From Candidatus Aenigmatarchaeota archaeon (lineage in GTDB: Archaea > Aenigmatarchaeota > Aenigmatarchaeia > GW2011-AR5), in the NCBI GenBank assembly GCA_016198685.1, contig JACQID010000004.1, forward strand, positions 192,001 through 256,000: DNA of 64,000 nucleotides, in the 5' to 3' direction. The translations under genes and the position numbers were made by a program. Positions 48,647 to 58,929 of the stretch are shown piece after piece. Under the pieces are notes generated by a model. The model was not told where the DNA came from. It saw only the letters and a list, made by a program, of their open reading frames with translations, and did not search any database. How positions within the stretch are numbered: the stretch's first letter is position 1; each line of letters starts with the position of its first letter.

Positions 48647-49731
48647 TTTTTCACACGTTCTTTTGTAAGATGAACAACCTGCGTCGGATACGCAAATTCT
48701 ATGCATTCCTCCTTGAATTTTTGCATGATGCCTATGTTTATTTCCTGTTGTATGTCCATGTAGATGTTGTAGTTTGCAGATTTTATATAATAAACAACTT
48801 CAAATACAAGGCTAAAATCTCCAAATTTCTGGAAATGAGCCCTGTCAATTTCAGCATCATTGATTTTGCGTATTATGTCAAATATCATGACCGGTATCTG
48901 CTGTATTTTTTCCACCGGCGTCTCGTATTTGATGCCAAAATTGAAAACAACCCTCCTCTTCTCCATTCTCTTGTAATTATTGACCCGTGCTTCAGTAAGT
49001 TCCTTGTTTGATATTATCAGTTCCTGACCCTGAAGCGTCTGCATCCTTGTTGATTTTATGCCTATATTCTTCACTACACCCATGTCATTTCCCACTATTA
49101 TAAAATCCCCCTTCTTGAAGGGTCTGTCAAAAAATATCGAAAACGAAGCAAAGACGTCATCAAGGACATTCTGGAGAGCGAATGCCACAGCCACTCCGCC
49201 TATGCCAAGCCCTGCTATGAGCGGTGTTATGTTGAAGCCTAGGTTAATTAGAACAAAGAAAAATCCAAGTATCCAGAGGGATATATTGAAAATCTTTGAC
49301 AATATTTCTATCATTTCTGTATCAGAATCGCCTTCCTGCATGCGTTTAGCTGATATTTTTTGTGCTCCATATTCTATTATTCCGTTGAGTATCACGATAG
49401 TATAATAAGTCCCTATTATTGTAATCCCAGAAAACATCAGCATACGGATTATGTCGGGTATCTTTACAAAGTGTGTGGCAAGATAGAGGGATATGAACAG
49501 ATAAAGCGGGAGACCGATCTTGTCTGCCATGCTAACAATAAGATCATCAAACTGCGTTTTTGTGGACTTAACAATGACTTTGAGTTTCAACAATACCAGA
49601 GCCTTGAACACCTTTAGTAATATGAAGGAAATAAAGAATACTGCAGTTGCTGCAATGTAATCTTGCGCAATATTGCCGGCAAATTGTTGATTGAGGAAAA
49701 ATTCTAATTCCATGTTATAATAAGAGATCAA
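48643..49731 (-). CDS. mscS: Small-conductance mechanosensitive channel
   Basis: AGLGIGGVAVAFALQ, DRPFKKGD, IGIKST, FAYPTQ. Confidence 0.93.
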   Translation of the reverse strand: MISYYNMELEFFLNQQFAGNIAQDYIAATAVFFISFILLKVFKALVLLKLKVIVKSTKTQFDDLIVSMADKIGLPLYLFISLYLATHFVKIPDIIRMLMFSGITIIGTYYTIVILNGIIEYGAQKISAKRMQEGDSDTEMIEILSKIFNISLWILGFFFVLINLGFNITPLIAGLGIGGVAVAFALQNVLDDVFASFSIFFDRPFKKGDFIIVGNDMGVVKNIGIKSTRMQTLQGQELIISNKELTEARVNNYKRMEKRRVVFNFGIKYETPVEKIQQIPVMIFDIIRKINDAEIDRAHFQKFGDFSLVFEVVYYIKSANYNIYMDIQQEINIGIMQKFKEECIEFAYPTQVVHLTKERVKK

Positions 49732-49793
49732 ATGATATTTAAGTTATTATAAAAACGCATTTATAGCTCAATGGCTAAATAACGTAGGATTTT

Positions 49794-51185
49794 ATGAACA
49801 CTGCCCATATAGAGATTTCTGACCGCGAAGAAGCAGGATGTGTTTTTCTTATCTCCAAAGAGGAAGCATCAAAGCTTGGTATTCCTGAGTTCGCAGGCGA
49901 GGAAGGAGAAAGTTATGTTTCTCTGAAAACACCTATTCCAAAGATATATGCCGGGATGGGAGAAGAAAAATCGCTGTCCCTTGAAGGTGTCAGAAGGGGG
50001 GTTTCTTCTGGAATCGACCGGGCGCTTTCCATGAAACTTAAAACTCTGTCAATAGGTTTTCAGAATGCATGTCTTGGTGAGGTTGCAATGGTTGGCGCAA
50101 TCGCTGATGCGTCTGTGCTTGCAACTTATGTATTCTCGAAATACAAACCCCCGAAAAATGTAATTGAAAGAATTTCGATAAAGGCGCGAGATAAGCATCA
50201 GCCAGTCCTCAAAAGAGCTATTCTAACTTCTGAAAATGCTAATTTTCTCAAAGAATGGATAAGCGAAAGCCCGACTATCATGAACACCGCAGAAATGGAG
50301 AAGCTATGCAGGGAAGTATGTGAAAAGGCAGGCCTGAAAGTCACGGTATTTGGGGAAGAAAAGCTCAGGGAGATGGGCATGGAGATGATACTTGCAGTTG
50401 GCCGTGGCGCGTCTTCAGGCCCGCGCATGATACTTGCAGAGTATAACGGCGGTGCTTCCGGCAAAAAGAAAATAGCTCTTGTCGGCAAAGGCATCACTTT
50501 TGATTCCGGGGGAATGAACCTGAAGCCTACAGGTCACATAGAGACCATGAAAATCGATAAAGCTGGCGCCCTTACAGTGCTTGCGGCCATGAAAACTGCA
50601 GCAGAGTTGAAACTTAACGTCAATATAATAGGCATAATGCCTTTCTGCGAGAATATGATAGGCCCCAATTCCTATAAGCCCGGTGATATACTTCGTTCAT
50701 ATTCAGGGAAGACCGTTGAAATTACGAATACAGATGCCGAGGGAAGGCTGATTCTTGGAGATGCGCTTGCTTATGCTGTTGAACAGAAGCCTGATTGCAT
50801 AATTGACCTTGCCACCCTCACAGGCGCCTGCGTTGCAGCCTTAGGCGAATTCACTGCAGGCTTGTTCTCGAGCGACAAGGAACTTGTCAAAAAGCTTTAT
50901 GAATCCGGCGAAATCACAGGCGAAAGAGTATGGCACCTGCCCCTGCACAAGGACTACAGCAAGGAGATGGAAGGAAATATATCAGACCTTAAGAATGCCC
51001 TGACAGGCAGGGTGCCCGGGGCAGTCATGGGAGCGGCGTTCCTCCAGAATTTTGTTGGCAAAACCCCTTGGGCGCACCTCGATATTGCCGGCACTGCATG
51101 GTGGGACAAAAAAAGATATTATGTTCCTCAAGGACCTACTGGCTGGGGAGTCAGGCTCCTTGCTGATTTTCTTGAGAAAATGTAA
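49794..51185 (+). CDS. pepA: Leucyl aminopeptidase (M17)
   Basis: GKGITFDSGG..LK, NTDAEGRL, ATLTGA, WAHLDIAG. Confidence 0.95.
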   Translation: MNTAHIEISDREEAGCVFLISKEEASKLGIPEFAGEEGESYVSLKTPIPKIYAGMGEEKSLSLEGVRRGVSSGIDRALSMKLKTLSIGFQNACLGEVAMVGAIADASVLATYVFSKYKPPKNVIERISIKARDKHQPVLKRAILTSENANFLKEWISESPTIMNTAEMEKLCREVCEKAGLKVTVFGEEKLREMGMEMILAVGRGASSGPRMILAEYNGGASGKKKIALVGKGITFDSGGMNLKPTGHIETMKIDKAGALTVLAAMKTAAELKLNVNIIGIMPFCENMIGPNSYKPGDILRSYSGKTVEITNTDAEGRLILGDALAYAVEQKPDCIIDLATLTGACVAALGEFTAGLFSSDKELVKKLYESGEITGERVWHLPLHKDYSKEMEGNISDLKNALTGRVPGAVMGAAFLQNFVGKTPWAHLDIAGTAWWDKKRYYVPQGPTGWGVRLLADFLEKM

Positions 51186-51289
51186 CTTCTTTTACGTCAT
51201 CAAAATCCGGATGACTTCGGCTTTAAATATTCCCGGCCTTATGGCAAAATATAAAAGCCTCCGGGCTTAACACATTGCAAGGTAATGTG

Positions 51290-53098
51290 ATGGCTGACAA
51301 GACGCTTAACGATTTTTCATGGAAGGTGGCAGGCGAGGCTGGTCACGGTATACTCAACGCCGGTCTCTCGATGTTTGCGAAGACCTGCCTGCGTTCCGGC
51401 CTTTACGTTTATGCGACTGCCGAATATCCTTCTCTTATACGAGGAGGGCACAACAATCTTGATGTCCGTGTGTCGGACAAACCTATAGAATCACAGAACA
51501 AGCATATAGATATGCTGGTTGCCCTTGACAAGGCATCTGTAGAGAAGCACGCAGGCAAGCTTTCTCAGGGCGGTGCAGTCATCTATGATGGAGAGAAAAT
51601 AACCCTAGACAGGAGCGGGATACGGGACGACGTAAAGCTCTATTCTGTTCCTCTTTCCTTGATTGCAGAGTCTTCCGGCGGTCAGATCATGCGCAATACC
51701 GTTGCCATAGGAGCTGCGATGGCACTGCTCAATTTCGATCTTTCGGTTCTTGAAGGCGTCTTGACGGAGTCTTTCAGGAAAAAAGGTGACGACATCATAC
51801 AAGGCAACATAAAAGCTGCCCGTGACGGCCATGCTTATGTCAAAAAGAACTTTGCCGATGATTTTGGCCACATGCTCAAGGGCCATGGCAAGCACAACAA
51901 GATGTTCCTTTCCGGTCATGATGCTCTTGCAGCAGGGGCAATAAAGGCCGGATGCAAGTTCTATGCAGCTTACCCAATGACTCCGGCATCGTCGCTCCTT
52001 GGCAGCATGGCAGCAAGTGAAGGCAGGTATAACCTTGTAGTCAAGCAAACTGAAGATGAAATAGCCGCAATAAACATGGCCATAGGCGCAGGATATGCAG
52101 GCGTGCGCAGCATGGTAGGCACATCCGGAGGCGGTTTCTCATTGATGGTTGAAGGATTCGGTCTTGCTGCAATGACAGAAACGCCGCTTGTAATTGTGGA
52201 ATCCCAAAGACCCGGCCCTGCAACAGGCATGGCAACGCATACAGGTCAGGCAGACTTAAGATTCATGCTTCATGCATCTACCGACGAATTTGAAAGAGTG
52301 ATCATAGCTCCGGGAGATGTGCAACAATGTTTCTATGAGACGATAAAGGCTTTCAATCTTGCCGACAAATACCAGATGCCAATCGTGATAATGACTGACA
52401 AGTATCTTGGCGAGAGTTATTTCACTGCCGATGAATTTGAGACCAAAGACGTGAAGATAGATCGTGGTAAGATGCTTACTGATTCTGAACTTGCTGGCAT
52501 GACGGAATACAGAAGATACAAAGTCACTGAAGATGCCGTTGCGCCCCGTTCCATACCAGGACAGAAGAACGGCTGCTTTGTTGCGACGAGCTACGAGCAC
52601 GATGAAGCAGGGTTTGAACGCGAAGAAGAGGAAATCAGAGTTACCATGCATAACAAGCGCTTCAGAAAATTTGCCTTGGCATCCAAGGAACTTGTCAACC
52701 CTGGACATTTGGGAGATGCAAATGCTGATATCATGATAATCGGCTGGGGCTCGACAAAGGGTCCTATACTGGAGGCCATGAAACTGCTGAAGGCAAAAGG
52801 CATCAAAGTTGCCTATCAGCAGGTCCTTTATCTTAGCCCATTTCCTGCATCTCTTATAAAAGAAACCATAGCCAAAGCAAAGCGCGTAGTCATAATTGAA
52901 AACAACAAGATGTCCCAACTTAATAGTGTGATAAGAGAGCACTGCCTTGTGAGCGTTGATAACAAGATTTTGCGTTACGATGGCAGACCTTTCTCGCCGC
53001 AGGACATAGAGGATGGTGTGCTGAAGATAGTGAGGAGCACTGCGCCACGCGTGTTGGAATATGCAACTTTCGGCATTGTTAATGAGGTGAAAGCATGA
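51290..53098 (+). CDS. korA: 2-oxoacid:ferredoxin oxidoreductase alpha subunit (gamma-alpha fusion)
   Basis: GEAGHG, YPMTPAS, EDEIAA, TSGGGFSLM, QRPGPATG. Confidence 0.95.
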   Translation: MADKTLNDFSWKVAGEAGHGILNAGLSMFAKTCLRSGLYVYATAEYPSLIRGGHNNLDVRVSDKPIESQNKHIDMLVALDKASVEKHAGKLSQGGAVIYDGEKITLDRSGIRDDVKLYSVPLSLIAESSGGQIMRNTVAIGAAMALLNFDLSVLEGVLTESFRKKGDDIIQGNIKAARDGHAYVKKNFADDFGHMLKGHGKHNKMFLSGHDALAAGAIKAGCKFYAAYPMTPASSLLGSMAASEGRYNLVVKQTEDEIAAINMAIGAGYAGVRSMVGTSGGGFSLMVEGFGLAAMTETPLVIVESQRPGPATGMATHTGQADLRFMLHASTDEFERVIIAPGDVQQCFYETIKAFNLADKYQMPIVIMTDKYLGESYFTADEFETKDVKIDRGKMLTDSELAGMTEYRRYKVTEDAVAPRSIPGQKNGCFVATSYEHDEAGFEREEEEIRVTMHNKRFRKFALASKELVNPGHLGDANADIMIIGWGSTKGPILEAMKLLKAKGIKVAYQQVLYLSPFPASLIKETIAKAKRVVIIENNKMSQLNSVIREHCLVSVDNKILRYDGRPFSPQDIEDGVLKIVRSTAPRVLEYATFGIVNEVKA

Positions 53099-55050
53099 AG
53101 ACTACATTGAAGGAACTAACAACAAAGGAAATGCCTTCATGGTGTCCGGCATGCGTGATGCCTGGAACGCTTATTCATACCAATCCTTCGGCAAAAAAGA
53201 TAGAAGAAATAAAGGAAGGGGACAGGGTGCTCGGCAAGGACGGAAAATACCACGATGTCACCGAAATAATGATTCACATGCACAAAGGCGATGTATTCAG
53301 GATAACCGCCAAGTGCTTCGGGGAGACAGTAATAACAGGGGAGCATCCGGTTCTCATTTCAAAAAGAAAAGCCAAGCCGTACAATAATTCCGTTTTTGAT
53401 CTTGAATGGGCGGAAGCAAAGAACGTACGGGAAGGAGACTATCTCCCGTATCCGATACTCAAAGAGGTCAAGGACACTGGGGAAATAGAGCTTCCGGCAA
53501 AAAGAAAAGAGATGGATAGGAAACATATTGAGATTCCAAAAACCGTAAATATAGGAGCGGACTTTCTGAGACTGGCGGGTTATTATATCGCCGAAGGTTA
53601 CTGCCATAGCAGAGAGGCGTGCCTCACTTTTGGCAGCGCCGAGATGAAATATGCAGAAGATGTAAAGGATATAGTTCAACGATTGTTCGCATTGAAGGCG
53701 GCGATAAAGGCAAAAGGAAGCAAAATAAACGTTGAAATACGTTCTTCGCTCTTGGCAGAGTCCTTCGCGGAATGGTTCGGTCGGGGTGCGCAGAACAAGA
53801 AGATACCGCATTTTATGATGCTTCTACCAGCAGAGAAACAAAAAGAACTCATCAAAGGTATGTGGAGGGGTGACGGGTGGCTGGACAGAAAAGTCAATCG
53901 GGCAAGCTACAAGACCATATCGCCGATTCTAAAGGAACAGATTAAGCAACTCTTGTTAAGGCAGGGAATAGTGCCTACAGTGAGCATAAACAAAGCATAT
54001 GATATTCACAAGGAGTCATATTCAATAGAGGTAGTAAGCTTTGATGACATGGCCAAGTTATGCAACGCATTGGAAATGGTCTTTGAAGCGCGCCGTTCCG
54101 AGTCTCACAAGCCTCCAATACAGAGGGATGAGAATTACGCTTATTTGCCTATAAGACGGATAACAAAGGAGTTTTACGATGGGCCTGTCCATAACATGGA
54201 AGTGGCTGAAGTAAATTCCTACGTAAGCGGCAGTGCAATACTTCACAACTGCGGAGATTTTAACATACTTTTTGCTATAAAGAACGCCCTAACAGAGCTT
54301 GATACCGAGCCTGAGAATATAGTAATTGTGTCAGGGATCGGGTGTGGTTCCAAAACCCCTCACTTCATCAAGACTTACGGATTTGAAGGTCTTCACGGCA
54401 GGGCCGCGCCCGTGGCCACGGGAATCAAATTAGCTAACAAAGGTTTGAAAGTCATAGTTGTCGGCGGAGACGGCGACGGTTATGGAATAGGTGCCGGCCA
54501 TTTACTCCATACGATGAGAAGGAATCTTGACATAACTTATCTTGTTCAGAATAATGCCGTTTACGGCCTTACGAAAGGCCAGTACTCGCCTACGAGCAAG
54601 AAGGGATTCAGGTCGCCTTCAACGCCATCGGGCAGCCTGGAAAATGAAGTTAATCCCATGTTATTTGGTCTTGCAATGGGCGCAACTTACGTTGCAAGAG
54701 GCTATGCTTATGAAGTCAAGCATTTGCAAAAACTGATAGTCGATGGCGTTCGTCATAAAGGTTTCTCCATCATAGACATATTCCAGCCCTGCTCAACATA
54801 TAACAAGATCCAGACTATAGCATGGTACAAGCAGAACCTTGTCAAGATGGAAGACATAGGCCATGATGCAAATGATTTCAATGAAGCCCTGAAAAAAGCG
54901 GCAATGACTGAAAAGCTGCCGATTGGATTGTTCTACAAGACCGAAAAACCCACGTATGAGGATGGCATACCGCAAGTAAGTTCACTGCCTTTAGTGAAGC
55001 ATGATATAAACAATATTGATATAAAACCTTTGCTGGGCAAATTCAAGTGA
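53095..55050 (+). CDS. korB: 2-oxoacid:ferredoxin oxidoreductase beta subunit, intein-containing
   Basis: Exteins WCPA|CGD, SGIGC, HGRA, GGDGD, NNAVYGLTKGQYSPT. Confidence 0.93.
   Translation: MKTTLKELTTKEMPSWCPACVMPGTLIHTNPSAKKIEEIKEGDRVLGKDGKYHDVTEIMIHMHKGDVFRITAKCFGETVITGEHPVLISKRKAKPYNNSVFDLEWAEAKNVREGDYLPYPILKEVKDTGEIELPAKRKEMDRKHIEIPKTVNIGADFLRLAGYYIAEGYCHSREACLTFGSAEMKYAEDVKDIVQRLFALKAAIKAKGSKINVEIRSSLLAESFAEWFGRGAQNKKIPHFMMLLPAEKQKELIKGMWRGDGWLDRKVNRASYKTISPILKEQIKQLLLRQGIVPTVSINKAYDIHKESYSIEVVSFDDMAKLCNALEMVFEARRSESHKPPIQRDENYAYLPIRRITKEFYDGPVHNMEVAEVNSYVSGSAILHNCGDFNILFAIKNALTELDTEPENIVIVSGIGCGSKTPHFIKTYGFEGLHGRAAPVATGIKLANKGLKVIVVGGDGDGYGIGAGHLLHTMRRNLDITYLVQNNAVYGLTKGQYSPTSKKGFRSPSTPSGSLENEVNPMLFGLAMGATYVARGYAYEVKHLQKLIVDGVRHKGFSIIDIFQPCSTYNKIQTIAWYKQNLVKMEDIGHDANDFNEALKKAAMTEKLPIGLFYKTEKPTYEDGIPQVSSLPLVKHDINNIDIKPLLGKFK
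53152..54249 (+). mobile_element. 366-aa intein with LAGLIDADG homing endonuclease
   Basis: Block A CVMPGT, block B TGEHP, LAGYYIAEG and IKGMWRGDG, terminal HN followed by +1 Cys. Confidence 0.95.
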
Positions 55051-55054
55051 GTCT

Positions 55055-56257
55055 ATGGCAAAAAATTATGATGTAGTTGTAGTCGGTGGCGGTCCGGGCG
55101 GAAGCACCTGCGCAGCTCTTTTAGGCAAGGCAGGCAAGGCAGTAGTTTTGCTTGAAAAAGCCCGCTTCCCAAGAGACAAGACCTGCGGAGACGCAATATC
55201 AGGTTCCTTGAGAGTGCAGAAAAGCCTCAACATCATAGAAAAGATGAAAGAACAGCCGCATGCTCAAATAACAGGAGTTGAATTTTCTTCTCCTGAAGGC
55301 GTCATACTTGATATACCTTTCGGAAGCCCTGGCTTCTGCTGCAAGAGGTTTGTTTATGACAATATTGTCTTTCAGGAAGCTCTGAACAATGCCGATGTGA
55401 TTCAGGAATTTGAAGTGAGCGATCTCATAAAACAAGACGGCAAGGTTGTAGGCGTTAAAGGCAAGCACAATGATGGCAGAGAAGAAGAAATATATGCCAA
55501 GCTCGTTATTGGCGCTGACGGCGCTTATTCTGTTGTTGCGCAGCAAACAGGATGCCTTGATCTCGATGAAAGGCATACGATAACTGCTGTGAGAGCCTAT
55601 TACAAGGGCATCAAGAATTTACGCAACATGATAGAATTGCATTTTGTCAATGAAATACTTCCAGGATACTTCTGGATATTCCCTGTCGGCGATGGCGTTG
55701 CCAATGTCGGCGTTGGAATGGTGGACAGCTTCATGAAAAAGAAGAAACAAAACATGCCTAATGCGATGATGAAAATAATAAAGGAGAATGCTATTTTCAA
55801 GCAGCGTTTTGAGGGCGCAGAGCTTCAGCCAGGTTCCTTGAAAGGATGGCGTTTGCCTGTGGGCTCAAAACGCAGAACCATACACGGCGATGGCTTCATT
55901 CTTGTCGGTGATGCTGCGGCCCTTATAGATCCGTTCACAGGCGAAGGCATAGCCAATTCCATGGTATCAGGCGAGATAGCTGCCGAGTGGGCGGTCAAGG
56001 CTTTGGAGGCAGCCAACTTCTCAGGTGAATTCCTGCGAGGATACGAGGATGCGGTGTGGCAGGAGCTTGGAGGCAAAATGAAAGCATCCTACAGGCTCCA
56101 GAAAATAGGCAACATCAAGTTCCTGACAAACATGATAATAAAGAAGGCTGCAAGAAACGAACAGATAAGGAACAGCCTCAAGAGCATGGTAGAAGATATA
56201 GAACACAGGAATAACATAATCAATCCTGCCTTTTATCTGAAGCTGCTGCTGGCTTAG
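55055..56257 (+). CDS. Geranylgeranyl reductase-family flavoprotein
   Basis: VVGGGPGG, RDKTCGD, GYFWIFP, VGDAA..DPFTGEGI. Confidence 0.92.
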   Translation: MAKNYDVVVVGGGPGGSTCAALLGKAGKAVVLLEKARFPRDKTCGDAISGSLRVQKSLNIIEKMKEQPHAQITGVEFSSPEGVILDIPFGSPGFCCKRFVYDNIVFQEALNNADVIQEFEVSDLIKQDGKVVGVKGKHNDGREEEIYAKLVIGADGAYSVVAQQTGCLDLDERHTITAVRAYYKGIKNLRNMIELHFVNEILPGYFWIFPVGDGVANVGVGMVDSFMKKKKQNMPNAMMKIIKENAIFKQRFEGAELQPGSLKGWRLPVGSKRRTIHGDGFILVGDAAALIDPFTGEGIANSMVSGEIAAEWAVKALEAANFSGEFLRGYEDAVWQELGGKMKASYRLQKIGNIKFLTNMIIKKAARNEQIRNSLKSMVEDIEHRNNIINPAFYLKLLLA

Positions 56258-56263
56258 AAACTC

Positions 56264-56626
56264 CTAAACCCGCGTTTTATGCCCTATTTCCCTGACTAGA
56301 AGCATTTTCTCATCCATCCATTCGCTTATGCCAACAGCTTCACCCATGCTTAGGATGCGTTTTTGGCCGGTAGGAAGAAGATCCCAACAGTGTTTGGCTT
56401 CTATATTTACTGAAAACGGAGAGTCTATGGCTTCAACTTCCAGGACATCGGGCATTCCGGCATATCCTCTTATTGCCCTCATATTTGCTATCGGTTTTCT
56501 GCCTTCAGGAGAATTGTAGAATATTGTATAGCTGTTATTTCCAGGATAGCCGCGGACTGGCGAATGCCCTATAGCGAACTTGTGAGGGCCTTCGGGCGCC
56601 CTATATTGTAAACAAGGAATATACAT
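56264..56626 (-). CDS. Hypothetical protein
   Basis: 120-aa ORF, no motif. Confidence 0.5.
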   Translation of the reverse strand: MYIPCLQYRAPEGPHKFAIGHSPVRGYPGNNSYTIFYNSPEGRKPIANMRAIRGYAGMPDVLEVEAIDSPFSVNIEAKHCWDLLPTGQKRILSMGEAVGISEWMDEKMLLVREIGHKTRV

Positions 56627-56691
56627 TTCAGCCTCTTCTACTAAGTGAATAAAACATAAAAATATCTTTTCTGAAAAAAATCAGAACAAAA

Positions 56692-56973
56692 TTATTGTGC
56701 ATCATGCCAGAATCGTTTGTGTATAGAAGGAAATTCCGATTTTATTTCAAGACTTAATCCGCACGATAAATCCACAGGCGCATAAATTATCCTTTTGCCT
56801 ATATCAAACGCAAATTGATTTCCGGCATAACTTAAGACTCCTGTTTGTATGCATATGTTGTGTTCTTTCTCGTTGAGTCTGCCATTATTATACAATGCTT
56901 TAGCCACTATTTCCTTTACTTGACGTAGATCATCAATTTCCGAAGTTCCATTGGATTGGTAATCGGCCGTCAT
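56692..56973 (-). CDS. Hypothetical protein
   Basis: 93-aa ORF, no motif. Confidence 0.5.
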   Translation of the reverse strand: MTADYQSNGTSEIDDLRQVKEIVAKALYNNGRLNEKEHNICIQTGVLSYAGNQFAFDIGKRIIYAPVDLSCGLSLEIKSEFPSIHKRFWHDAQ

Positions 56974-57022
56974 TTTATGCTTATACTTAAGGGGGAAAAA
57001 ATAAATATGGCTGGCTACCGGG

Positions 57023-57646
57023 TCACTTTTTCCTGTTGCGTAGCAATCCTATCACTGCCGGCAGCACGGAAAGCGCAACTATAGCAAGAACCATGACTTC
57101 AAGATTCTCGCGGACAAATGCGATGTTCCCAAGGAAATATCCAAGGGTTAGGAAAGACCCTACCCAGAGTATCGCGCCAATGACGTTATACGCAACGAAA
57201 GTTCTGTATTTCATTCCGGCGACGCCTGCAACGAACGGGGCGAAGGTGCGAATGACAGGTAGGAATCTTGCTATTACTATAGTCTTGCCGCCGTGTTTTT
57301 CGTAGAACTCGCGGGTCTTCTGCATGTGTTCTTCTCTGACGAAGGGTATTTTGCCGTGTAATGCCTTGCCTCCAATGCGGCTTCCTATATAATAATTAAC
57401 AGAATCACCAATGATCGCGGCGGAAGCCATTATTCCGAATAGAGTTACCATGTCCAATGAACCCATCGCGGCAAATGTTCCCGCCAGAAATATAAGGCTA
57501 TCGCCAGGGAGGAAAGGAGTTACAATGAGACCGGTTTCAAGAAATATTATGAGGAATAAGATGAGATATACCCATATTCCATATTCGCTTATGATTGATG
57601 CAAGAAATTCATCAAGATGAAAAAACAAGCTTACTAAATCCATCAT
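57023..57646 (-). CDS. dedA: DedA-family membrane protein
   Basis: FLETGL..PFLPGDSL, ARFLPVIRTFAPFVAG. Confidence 0.95.
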   Translation of the reverse strand: MMDLVSLFFHLDEFLASIISEYGIWVYLILFLIIFLETGLIVTPFLPGDSLIFLAGTFAAMGSLDMVTLFGIMASAAIIGDSVNYYIGSRIGGKALHGKIPFVREEHMQKTREFYEKHGGKTIVIARFLPVIRTFAPFVAGVAGMKYRTFVAYNVIGAILWVGSFLTLGYFLGNIAFVRENLEVMVLAIVALSVLPAVIGLLRNRKK

Positions 57647-57687
57647 ACAATATCGATGGGTTTAGTATTTATTTCTATCCAAAGAGC

Positions 57688-58059
57688 TTATCGCCTGTAT
57701 CGGTCTTCCATAGCGCTCAGCCTTCTTTCAATTCTCTGAAGCGTTCTTTGTATGTCTTCTGTAGTATCTTTTGAGTTGGCGCTCCCTCTATGTATCAGAA
57801 CCGCGCTCAGCACAACAAATGTGAATAACTGGAGGAATTCTGACTGCCAATTCTCAAATGTTGCCGCCCAGAAGGCGGGAATAAACTTGTCCGTATTGGG
57901 AATCTCGCCATGGTCAATGGAGTCATTGATGAATTCGTGCCACTGAAAAAACATCTGCCCTCCCCAGCTAATAATGAATAATATCGCAAGGGCAATGCTA
58001 AGGCCGTGATTATCCCATATGTTCCGTAGATCGTTTTCAGCGGTTCCTGCATACGTCAT
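57688..58059 (-). CDS. DUF6766-like small membrane protein
   Basis: NHGLSI, TFENWQSEFLQ, GS..SKD. Confidence 0.75.
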   Translation of the reverse strand: MTYAGTAENDLRNIWDNHGLSIALAILFIISWGGQMFFQWHEFINDSIDHGEIPNTDKFIPAFWAATFENWQSEFLQLFTFVVLSAVLIHRGSANSKDTTEDIQRTLQRIERRLSAMEDRYRR

Positions 58060-58140
58060 ATCATCACTTCCGCCTGGTATTATAGCGTCTTTCCATGGGT
58101 TTGAACCTTTCCCGTTCTTCCATTTGGTTCGTGTTTGTTA

Positions 58141-58302
58141 TCATAGGGATCTTCTAAGTATGCTTATTGCAAATAGTATCAGGAATATGACAAACATGAC
58201 CCTGGCAATCCATTCAGCAGTTCCTGCTATGCCGCTAAAGCCGAATATCCCTGCGATAATCGCTATTATGAGGAATAATACCGACCAGCTCAAAAATCCC
58301 AT
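58141..58302 (-). CDS. DUF1328 (UPF0391/YtjA-like) protein, copy 2 (not in the ORF track)
   Basis: [44 protein letters not shown]...; GAGGTGAT SD. Confidence 0.88.
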   Translation of the reverse strand: MGFLSWSVLFLIIAIIAGIFGFSGIAGTAEWIARVMFVIFLILFAISILRRSL

Positions 58303-58316
58303 GCGATCACCTCATC

Positions 58317-58490
58317 TTATAGTAGCGATATTCCGAACAATATCAGCAATATGCTGAAGATGAATAGCAAAAGGAATGCCACGAATAATATTTTTGCTAT
58401 TGTCGCTGCTGTGCCGGCAAGACCCCTAAATCCCAAGGCGCCGGCTATCAATGCGATTATGAAGAAGGCGACTGCCCATTCCAAAACCAT
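58317..58490 (-). CDS. DUF1328 protein, copy 1 (not in the ORF track)
   Basis: [40 protein letters not shown]...; GGTGAT SD. Confidence 0.88.
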   Translation of the reverse strand: MVLEWAVAFFIIALIAGALGFRGLAGTAATIAKILFVAFLLLFIFSILLILFGISLL

Positions 58491-58727
58491 TTGATCACCA
58501 TGAAACTAATGCATAAAATCGAAAATAAATGGTAAGGAACAAAAATTGTATTAATTACATATAATGCGTCCAAATTATAAATAACTATCAGCCTTTCTGC
58601 ATAAAAAAATATTTTTACGACGAATGGATAAATCCAAGCTTTATATTTTACAAAGGACTATAAGTATTATACTTCTGCAACTTTGTCGTTCATAATATTG
58701 AAAGATGCAAGCTAAAGGGGGGATTCA

Positions 58728-58886
58728 ATGGCTAAGATGAAAACTACGCGAGGAAGAAAAGCCGATCCTATAAAAAAATCAATGAATAGGATTGGGGCAA
58801 AAATTGCAGCTGCAAAGAGAACTGCAACTTCAATCGTGAAGCGAAGAAAAAACGGAAAGAAAAAAAGCAAAGGTAAGCGCAAGTAA
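58728..58886 (+). CDS. 52-aa highly basic protein (not in the ORF track)
   Basis: MAKMKTTRGRKADPIKKSMNRIGAKIAAAKRTATSIVKRRKNGKKKSKGKRK; G-rich SD-like site. Confidence 0.7.
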   Translation: MAKMKTTRGRKADPIKKSMNRIGAKIAAAKRTATSIVKRRKNGKKKSKGKRK

Positions 58887-58929
58887 ATTGCTGCTTATCT
58901 TTAGTGCTGGTGCAAGGAGGTGATGCTCT

